Under the pieces are notes generated by a model, which did no database searches, was not told the DNA's origin, and worked only from the letters and a program-made list of their open reading frames with translations. Shown here piece after piece: positions 54,290 through 63,643 of a stretch of DNA of 63,643 bases (positions are counted from its first letter, which is position 1; each line of letters starts with the position of its first letter). The DNA comes from Geosiphon pyriformis uo1 (Eukaryota; Fungi; Glomeromycota), in contig JAAOMT010000299.1 of NCBI GenBank assembly GCA_016748015.1, positions 248,358-312,000 on the forward strand. The letters are read 5' to 3'. The translations under genes were made by a program, and so were the position numbers.

Positions 54290-56110
54290 AGAGAACCAGC
54301 ACTGACAACACCAAACCAAAAGTGGCAGAATCAGAAAACATAGGAGCAAATCATTTAGGATTCACAAAATCTTTATTTCAATACTATTGTTAATACTTGG
54401 GATTAAACCACAATCATATGTTTGCCAAATCAGCCTTCAATTTCTATGTCAATGAAAAAATTTTCTCTTTATTAGGAACACCAGTGAATACTGAATCAGC
54501 AAGAGAAACTTTTTATAAGGAATTAATTCAAAACACCAACTTACCAACAAATCATAATTTCGCATCCATTATCACTGAGATCAACAAAGAAATTAAACAT
54601 CACCTCAACAAAGATATCCAATTACATATGCTAGCGAAGGCAAGAAAAAATTACAAACACCAGCAATAACACCCAGAAAAATACAGCCACCTGCTTGGAA
54701 GAAAAACAGAGTTGAAACTCCAAGCAATCCATTCTACCACTATACACCTGGAAGCGCCATCAACATATTATCAACAGACGCGTTTCCATCAATTGTGATA
54801 TCAGCATTTGGACGATTCCCATTCCAAAGTAGACAAAGGAAAACAGAATTGCTAGAACCATATGGCGAATACTTTGAGAGATTTAATTTACAATCATCAA
54901 CCTCATCAGGACTTCGATCACTACTGCCTCCACCAGATTTCAGAATCTCAGATCCGTGGGAAGTGGCAGAATCAGAAAAAAAGGAAGAAGAATCAGAGGA
55001 TCAAGAATTCACTTACCAAAACTCAATCACTGAAAACCTTAAAGGTGAAACCCCGAATCTTCAAGCTCAGCAAAAATTAAATATAGAAAATTCGGAAATC
55101 GGAACTCTGAATCAGCAAAGACAGAACAATCCAAACTGTAAATTAATTAATCAGCAAAACTTACCTTTGGTAATTGTCATCAATTAACTGCCAATTAATT
55201 CAGTAGCTGAACCCATACAACAGCCACTTCAACTACCACCTCAACACCCAGTACAACAACAACTGCTTTAACAGCCACCACAACTATCTAACTTAGATCC
55301 AATGGCCTATGCACCAATTGCAAAACTCGACAACTTTACTGGCGAAGAGAATGATGCTCAAGTATGGCTGAACAATGTAGAAAAAGCCATTGCAGCCAAT
55401 GGATGGAATGATGCTTGAGCAATGCAAGCCATTCCCTACTTTTTCAAGAATACTACCAATTCATGGTATCAGAGCTTAGTTAATAAACCACAAGATTTCA
55501 ATGCCTTCAAAGCAGAATTCCTAAGATACTTCAGCAACAATAACAGCATCAATTGTCTAGTCAATACATTCACCACCATGAAACAAAGAGAAACTGAAAC
55601 AGTTATCACTTACCTGGGACACTTCCATCAAAACTTGTGCCAAATTCAAGTAATTGATAATGACTATTTCACAGCACCACAGATACTCAACCAGTTTATC
55701 TGTGGCCTACACAGCAGCATCTTGCAACATGTACATCCATTGCATCCTGGCACACTTCAAGATGCAGTCACACACGCCAGAGATTTTGAATCCGCTGAAT
55801 TAGAAGCTAACCATGCCCAAGCCATTAATCTAGTAATGAACAGATTATCTGAATTGGATTCCAAATTGGAGAAGTTCAGTGAATCAATTAATAAAAGATT
55901 GGAAGGATACTTAGCTGACAATCACACCATTTATCAGCCTTCACAACGACGCAATAATCAAGGAAATTCCAATCGTGGCCAAAATTAACCACATCTATCT
56001 TCATTAACCAATCAACAGTGGCAACAGAAAACACGTATCTGCCACTATTGTGGTAACCAAGGACATATCCAAATTGATTGTCACCAGCATTTAAATAACC
56101 AACAATCGGG
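54290..56110 (+). pseudogene. Gypsy C gag with CCHC knuckle
   Basis: PIAKLDNFTGEENDAQVWLNNVEKAI...QILNQFICGLHSSIL; CHYCGNQGHIQIDC at 56040-56081. Confidence 0.85.
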
Positions 56111-56393
56111 AAATTAATATCGAAACTCCAATTGCCAGTTCCAAACTCCGAATCACTATCCAAATCAAGGTTAAGACCAATATCAAAATAATTACCTGCC
56201 AATGACACAGCAACCAATCTATCAACTGCCAGTATATCAACCTCCAATTTATCAGCCGCAGCCACAAGTAATATATCAACTGCAGCCACAAATCATCTAT
56301 CAACCCCAACCAATTCAAACACCACCCCAGAACCCAGCACAAATGACATCAGACAACTCTTGATCCAGAGTTATTCAAAACTGAAGATCGGCG

Positions 56394-56999
56394 ATGGTTG
56401 TTTACCAACCAATTCCCTGTTTGCTAAACTCACCATTAAGATCATGCACCCAGAATTTGGATACCAGTCGCATCCAAAACCCAAATTCCCAACATTATTT
56501 AAGTCTCTTGGTTACTCCAGAAGATACCACATCCAATTACACAGAATCCAATCAGCATGTACCTACCAACATGATTCCACCAGCAACTATATCTAGCAAT
56601 GAATTCCTAGCAGCCATCTTTTCTTTCAAACTCAAAGAAAACACACCAATACTATTATTCAGTGGAGCCACTCTCGAAGAGAAACCCATAACAGCAATGT
56701 ACACGGATGCCAAAGTTGATGGTCACTCCATCAAACTCATCTTAGATAGTGGATCAGCTGGCAGCATAATCACAAGACAGCTCATGAATCAATTAGGTCG
56801 CCAAGTTGATCAAGCTGCCAGCGCTAGAATTATCATTGCTGATGGCACCACCAAAACACCTATCAGTGAGATAGATGATTTCCCTATAGAAATTAACGGC
56901 ATCATAGTACCCATTAAAGTCTTAGTAATAGACACCACCCAATATCAAGCCCTAATTGGTAATGACTGGCTGTTTAAAACCAACGCTGTGCTCGATTGA
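56394..56999 (+). pseudogene. Gypsy C aspartic protease
   Basis: IKLILDSGSAGSII...YQALIGNDWL. Confidence 0.9.
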
Positions 57000-58299
57000 A
57001 TGACCTAAGAGTTAATACTCAGCCAGAATGGAAGACACACATGAGTACCAGCAACGTGTGACCACTTCAAGGCTATCAACACCACAGCACCACTAATTGA
57101 CTTTGACAAAGAGAAACCGAAGCCTACCTGAAAAGCCTACTAAATGTTGTGGGCTGACGAAAAGCACAACGAATTGCCGCCAATACTCTTCTGAGACAAC
57201 AACAACAAGGGAAAAGGGAAACAAAAGAAAGAACTTACCTGGGAAACCAATAATCTGACATGGACTGACAACAACGAGAGCAAACCAACTTCAAGCTGGG
57301 AATGGGAAAAGGACAAAAAAAATAAAAGAAAAGGGAAAGAAAAAGAGACCACCCAAACCACCACCACTTATAATACCTACACTATCCCACAACAATCTAC
57401 TTATCATCGACCTAAGCTTATATGCATCGATTGTGGCAAGAAATTGTCGTCAATAGATATATGCTGTGGGGATGATGAGGAATACCACACCGCAACAAAG
57501 TTCTACTGTCGTCCATGCTTACTTGAATGCTTTGGAAGACCAAAAAGGCAAGGAAAATAGAATAACCAACCTTGTCTCACTTGTGGGGAGACCCTGCTAG
57601 ATGAAAGGATGTGGAATGACATCTTAGAACGTGAAAGAACGTGCGACATGTCATGTTAATACACAATTCTAATAAGCGACTGGGTAAGGAAAAGAACCCC
57701 AATAAAAGCAGCCTGGTGAAGAGCCGTACAGTGACTGGACAGTTGTCCACATGATGATAACAAAATTTGGCGAATGGCACTTGCCAAAATCGAAGGAGCG
57801 ATATCAGAAGAGATAAAAATGATCAAAGACAACCCCCCAGAACCTTTAGAGCTTGACTGGGACGCAGAACCCATCATAAATCTTCTGGATCCGGAACAAT
57901 TCCATGAACACTACCAAGAATTAGCACCCACAAGGGAAGAACAAGAACAACAATTAGAGCAGTTGAATGCTTGACTATGTCAACACTGCCTAATTCCCTG
58001 TGACTTCCAGTATTGTGATAAGTGTGACCTCATTTACAATCTACCACTATGCATGATTTATGCAATCTCTGAAGAAGAAAAACCAATCAGCAGCTACACA
58101 TCAGAATCAGAATCGCCGATTAATCGCGATTCAAACCCCGACAATGATGACGACAATAATGGTTCAAGCTCCGTTCAAAATGACAATGACAACGACAATG
58201 ATTCTAACTCAGATTCAAACTCCGATTTAAACTACAAACAATACATTGCACTACCAGATCTCTCCAAGAAACAAGAGTTGAAATAGTATAGTGACAATG

Positions 58300-58710
58300 G
58301 GAAAGGTATTATACCAGAATGTGTGCATAATACTGATGTAGGGTTTGATCTGAGATACCCAGGAAAAAATGCCATCAAATTGGAACCACATTTATGCACC
58401 TGCATTGATCTGAAAATAGCACTAGAAATTCTGGCAACAACAATGGTTCAATTAGCATCTAGGAGTAGTTTAGCAAAAAGAGGGATTAATATAAGAGAAG
58501 AAATAATTGACGTGGGATATGTAGAAAATATTATTGTCATGCTACAAAATGACTCAAAAAAGGCCTATATAATAGAGCCCAATAAAAAGATAGCACTGGC
58601 AATATTCCTGCCTCTGGTTAGAGTAGCTCAATTAGTATCAGTGGGAAATAGAGAGGAATTAGGAATAACAGCAAGAGGGATACAAGGATTTGGATCAACA
58701 GGTAGAATAG
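58300..58710 (+). pseudogene. Gypsy C dUTPase domain
   Basis: TDVGFDL, ASRSSLA, IIDVGYVENI, KIALAIF, RGIQGFGSTG: the five trimeric dUTPase motifs. Confidence 0.92.
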
Positions 58711-59273
58711 ATATACCAGTTAATATGGCTGAGGAAGAAATTGTTGGCCAAGGAGAAATTATCTCAACCAGTTAAGCTATTTCCATCTCACCATATAACC
58801 AGTACATGCTAGCAATAGAAAGGAAGGAAAAAGAGCAAGAACAAATTTTTGAAGCTGAAGCAAACCTTTGTGAATCAGGAGAGATTGGGTTGATCAATCT
58901 CCACATACCAGCCAAAAGCTATAACAGCATAAAAATTCCCATCTACAACAACACTGGCAATATCATCAATATACCAGAAGGAACCACCATTGGATATTTA
59001 ACCACAGAAATAGAAAACCAACCACCAAATCCCATTCCAGACTTTCCACAACTTTGTGGATATGTTGACATCACATCACAAACAATCTATGGACGAGATA
59101 AATGTTATTTGCTCCAACCAAAACAATTGGAACAAATGAACATGGGAAACTTGGATCCACTCCAATGTATGCAGCTCAAGATGTTATTTAACCAGTTCAA
59201 TGACATCTTTGCCAGCGAAAATGAGTTTGGCCGAACCAATATCATCCAGCATTAGATCAAGACTGGAGATGCA

Positions 59274-60536
59274 ATGCCAATTAAACAAAGAGCATACAGA
59301 GTGCCACCAGCCAGCCACAAAATTATTCATCAAGAGATAAACCAAATGCTTGACAACAGGCTAATTCAGCCATCAATGAGCCCATGGTCATCACCAGTGG
59401 TACTCGTCCGTAAGAAGAATGGAAAGATCCGATTTTGTGTGGACTACAGAAAACTCAATGGTGTAACTCGTGAAGACAGCTATCCAACTCCACGGATACA
59501 GGAATTATTTGATGCTTTTGGTGGAAACAAATGGTTCTCAACATTAGACTTAGATAGTGGTTACTGGCAAGTAGCCATAGATCCAGCTGACAAAGAAAAA
59601 ATGGCATTCACCATGAGAGAAGGAAATTTTGAATTTGAAGTAATGCTATTCAGTTTAACCAATACACCAGCCACTTTTCAATGGCTAATGGAAATTGTCT
59701 ATACTGGCTTATTGTGAAAATCAGTAGTTGTATACTTGGACGACACCAACATATTCTCAAAGACATTTGATGATCATCTTTATCATCTTCAACAGATGTT
59801 CAAAAGACTAAGAAGAGCAGGACTAAAGTTAAATGCAACAAAGTGCTTCTCTGACAAGACAGAACTAAAATTCTTGGGACACATAGTCAGCAAAAACAGC
59901 ATTAAAACAAATCTGGAGAAAATTGAGATAGTAAAGAACTTTCCAGTGCTGACCAATATAACAGAACTGAAATCATTCTTGGAATTTGCCAGCTATTATC
60001 AACGTTTTATCAAGAACTTTTCCAAGATAGCACAGTCACTCAACCAACTGCAAAACAAAAATACAAAATATGAATGGACAGAAAATCAACAAGAAGCTTT
60101 TGATATTCTGAAAAGAAAGCTCATCCAAGCTCCAGTACTGATCTATCTAGATTACAGCAAACCATTTATTATCACTACTGATGCATCTGGCCAAGCATTG
60201 GGAACAGTATTATCTCAGAAAAGACCAGACAGCAGAGAACACCCAGTAGCATATGCCAGCAGAGGTTTAACACCAGCTGAAAAGAACTATGAAACACCAG
60301 AACAAGAACACTTAGCAATATACTGGGCAGTCATAAAATGAAAAGAATACTTGAGCCAGAAGTTTGAAGTGCACACAGATCACAAAAAATTAACATCACT
60401 CCAAAAACAAAAATTTGGAGATGGAAGACAGTCAAGATGGAAAATGGCACTTGCACCATACAATTATACTATACATTACAAAAAAGGAAAAGACAATAGA
60501 AATGCTGACGGTTTGTCGCAAATGAGACAAATCTAA
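59274..60536 (+). pseudogene. Gypsy C reverse transcriptase + RNase H
   Basis: SPWSSPVVLVRKKNGKIRFCVDYRKLN, LDLDSGYWQV, YLDD, TDASGQALGTVL, VHTDH, NRNADGLS. Confidence 0.93.
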
Positions 60537-60739
60537 GAACATTTCAGCCCAAAAATATAACAAAACCAGAACAATACCAACGAAAAATATTAACAATTGC
60601 AACATTATATAAACACTCAACAGTTCAAGAAGAATTTATCTTAAACAGAACAAAAGAGTATCAAACAACAATCAAAATATTTTATCACTTACCAAAATAT
60701 ACTTTATTGAAAAAATAAAAAAGATTCAGATCAACCAAC

Positions 60740-61892
60740 CAGAGTAATTACAGAGCCAGAAAAAGAGACAATATTATTCAACATGCACTCAAATCCAACA
60801 GCAGGACATTTTTACAAAGAAGCAACCATGGAAAAAACCAGAAAAAGATACTATTGGCCATCAATGTACCCAGATATCATTCAATATGTTCAAAATTGTG
60901 ATGCTTGTTAGTAAAGAGAAGGAACAAGACCCAGTGAACCATTAAGACCAATCAAAGTGAGACAACCATTTGACCATATTGGAATTGATTTAGTTGAACC
61001 ATTAACAATCACCAGCAAAGGAAACAGATACATAACAGTAGCTATGGACTATCTTACTAAATGGCCAGAGGTGAAAGCAATTCAAAGAGCGGATGCAGAA
61101 TCCGTGGCCGAATTCGTTCATCAGGATTTAATTTGTCGACATGGATGTCCAAAAAAATTATTATCAAATCAAGGAACTTATTTTGTGAACAGAACATTAA
61201 CAGAATTAAGCCAAAGATTTGGAATTAAGAGACCATTATCATCATCATACCATCCACAAACCAACAGATTAGTAGAAAGATTCAACAGAACATTGTGTGA
61301 AGCAATAGCTAAACTCAGTCAAGAAAACCAGAACAATTGGGATTTGTTGATACCATCAGTACTATTTGCTTATCGGACAATAAAACAAGATACTACACAA
61401 GCAACACCATTTGAATTAGTATATGGTAGAACAGCAACACTACCTGTAGAAATAGAAGTCAGCACATACCCAACCAAACCAATAACAGAAGAGAATTTCA
61501 AAAATACATTGTTGAGAAGAACATATGACTTAATAGAAACATTAGAAAACAAACAACAAAGAGCAGCTGATAATATACAAAAGTCACAAGAGAAACAAAA
61601 AAAAAGACATGATAACCAACTGTTAGATAAACCAGTTGAATTCAGAATTGGAGACAAAGTATTACTACATTGTACCAAAGCAGAAAAACAGTGGAGTGGA
61701 AAATTCAACCCCAAATGGAACGGACCATTTTACATAAAAGAAATTCTAGGAAATAAAGCTTACAAATTAAGATTGGATAACAAAATTTTAACCAAAGCAG
61801 CACATGGAGATCGACTAAAACCATACCACAACATCACACTACCATCTACCAGTAATATTCCACAATTAGGGGTACAGAGAATACTAGTTTGA
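60740..61892 (+). pseudogene. Gypsy C integrase (HHCC, DDE, GPF), no chromodomain
   Basis: MHSNPTAGHF...YYWP...CDAC; IGIDLV; YHPQTNRLVERFNRTL; WNGPFYIKEILGNKAYKL. Confidence 0.93.
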
Positions 61893-61979
61893 TCAGATGA
61901 GATTCCACGAGATCTGGAACCAATTGTTATTATTAACAACAACACGTTAAATTGATCCATCCAAAGAATATATAAAAAC

Positions 61980-62639
61980 ATGGTAGATGTGACAGGAAAT
62001 ATCAGAAAAATAGAAATTACAAACAACATTTACTCACTAGCACAACAACTCTTTCAATTAATCCAACACCAGGAAATGAAGATTACAATCAATCAACAAA
62101 CCATCCAATATCAAGATACTAGAAAGACATTTCAACTCAGAACACAGAAGAAAACTAAAAATACTGTGGACAAACTTATTGCAAAAGTAAAATTAGCAAT
62201 AAAAGAGGTGACAAAAGAGTCACTATATCAAGAATTGACTAAAGAAACTTGGAATTGGTGGATACAACAATTTTCATAAAACTATTGTTATTTTTACTTG
62301 GGACAACATGTAAATATCCAGAATCTATATATGGATAAAACAAAATGATTATTCGACAAAAAAATACTACAACAATTAGAACATTTTGTGGGAAAGAACA
62401 ACTTATCCACACAGGCCTGAGCCATATACTGAATACACACAGTATTTCAGGATAGACCAGAAATATTGCTTAACAAAGCAATGGATATGGTTACCAGTAA
62501 TCAATTGGGAAAAATCACTAATGCTCAATTTGAAGAATTACAAACCCAAATAACACAAGTAATTCTTGAAAATAAAATCCAGGAAATACTTCAAAAGAGG
62601 GAATTACATGAATTGGATTTTGACGGAGCTCAATATTAA
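61980..62639 (+). pseudogene. Gypsy C ORF3 (219 codons in one frame, 4 internal stops)
   Basis: Single frame from ATG 61980 to TAA 62639; internal stops are TAA and three TGA, each explicable as CAA/CGA C>T; similar to ORF3 of element A. Confidence 0.75.
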
Positions 62640-62652
62640 AAGAAGGGAATAA

Positions 62653-63521
62653 TGTTACTCATAGAAATATAGGAAATATATTAGTTTAATTATTAGCCAA
62701 TCAGAAGTAGACATAGTAAATATGGAATTCCAGGATTTCTCTCAGGAATTGCAGGATTCCAGGAATTTCAGGATTCCTTAACGAGGAATTGCAGGATTCC
62801 AGAATTCCTGGATTCCTCTCAAAAGAATCACAGGATTCCAGGAATTCCAGGATTCCTGTTGTGAAGAATTGAGGAATTGAGGAATCTCAATTATGTATAT
62901 ATAGCAGTAGTGTTTGAAACAGAAAAGACAGAATCGATACTACAAAATTCTTAGCCTAGAAATGCAATCATCAAATAAATAATTATTTTATATCTCAATT
63001 AACTTCCCCACTATCAACCCTTCATGTTGATAGTAATTGATACTTAACCATGCTGGAACAATAGCTCTTGATCACAGCTATTGACGGAATATTAATCTGC
63101 AAATTATCTTGGCTTATTTCTTGGCTTTCTTTATTTTCTTTTATTTCTTTTTTTTTTTGTTTTATTTTGATTTGTTGTTGTATACTAATTGATTAAAAAT
63201 TAAGTGCTGAGTTATTGACGTCAAGAATAGCCTGGTAAAAGACCCAGAAATATGAGTAAGATTTTATATATTATTGGATAGCTTACCAGAAGGGCATGAC
63301 TGCCAGACTAAATCTGGCCACCACATTGAGAAAGAAATTGGGAAAACTCTTGGAAAGATACATCTACTATCAACACTATTGAATCTCTGTCTATTATACA
63401 AAGAACTCAATCAAAACCTTCAGATACAATACCTTTAGAACATCATCAACAGCAATAGCTTTTGAGCACCAAGTTACAGGTTTGTTATTTAATTTAACAG
63501 CAGAAATAATCATCTATAACA
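62653..63521 (+). repeat. 3' LTR of Gypsy C (869 bp), preceded by PPT AAAAGAAGGGAA (62638-62649)
   Basis: TGTTACTC...CTATAACA. Confidence 0.95.
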
Positions 63522-63525
63522 CCGG

Positions 63526-63643
63526 TCATTCAAATGAGAAACGGTAGGAGAATCAGTCGTCATTGAAGAAAAAACCAAACCAGAATGCAAACTAGCACCA
63601 ACCAAACCAGAGGGAACCACACAAGAAGGAGAGCCACCAGCAA
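63526..63643 (-). mobile_element. LINE copy 5 ORF1, continuation beyond Gypsy C
   Basis: Translates AGGSPSCVVPSGLVGASLHSG...VSHLND, matching ORF1 of the other copies and joining RLAILKRFLELL at 53402. Confidence 0.9.

Larger units (their letters stand above)
53407..63521 (+). mobile_element. Full-length Ty3/Gypsy LTR retrotransposon C (~10.1 kb), TSD CTGG/CCGG
   Basis: Two homologous LTRs, PBS, gag-PR-Cys-rich-dUTPase-RT-RH-IN, ORF3, PPT; flanks 53403-53406 CTGG and 63522-63525 CCGG; host LINE ORF1 rejoins as NDRLAIL. Confidence 0.96.

Noticed and set aside
54290-61892. Programmed frameshift, read-through or alternative genetic code explaining in-frame stops
   Set aside because: Stops differ between copies and match C>T/G>A changes; host genes use the standard code.
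62720-62890. Heat-shock elements in the LTR linked to the neighbouring HSF gene
   Set aside because: Spacing is mostly GAATTC, GAAnTTC or TTCnnnGAA; no three contiguous inverted nGAAn units. Proximity to the HSF gene is not evidence.

Overview
Eukaryotic (fungal) genomic DNA. The AT-richness, short GT-AG introns and TE families suggest Glomeromycotina/Mucoromycota, possibly Geosiphon-like (inference). A small CpG-retaining gene island (~23.3-31.1 kb) holds two intact, convergent spliced genes: an HSF-type transcription factor (+) and a TBRG1-like coiled-coil/AT-hook/FYRN-FYRC protein (-). It is surrounded by nested, transition-riddled retroelements: five copies of an L1-like LINE family (ORF1 RRM+CCHC; ORF2 APE-RT[FVDD]-RNase H-zinc finger), three Ty3/Gypsy elements (A, B, and full-length C at 53407-63521) and a solo LTR. 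The most interesting candidate system is the Gypsy lineage. It has an unusual Gag-PR-(Cys-rich domain)-dUTPase-RT-RH-IN layout with no chromodomain, a conserved soluble ORF3 in the env position, and 4-bp target sites that all centre on CpG or its deamination product. All insertions lie inside other TEs. The repeats also show RIP-like C>T/G>A hypermutation that is not restricted to CpG. All TE ORFs are disrupted. Coordinates were read by eye.
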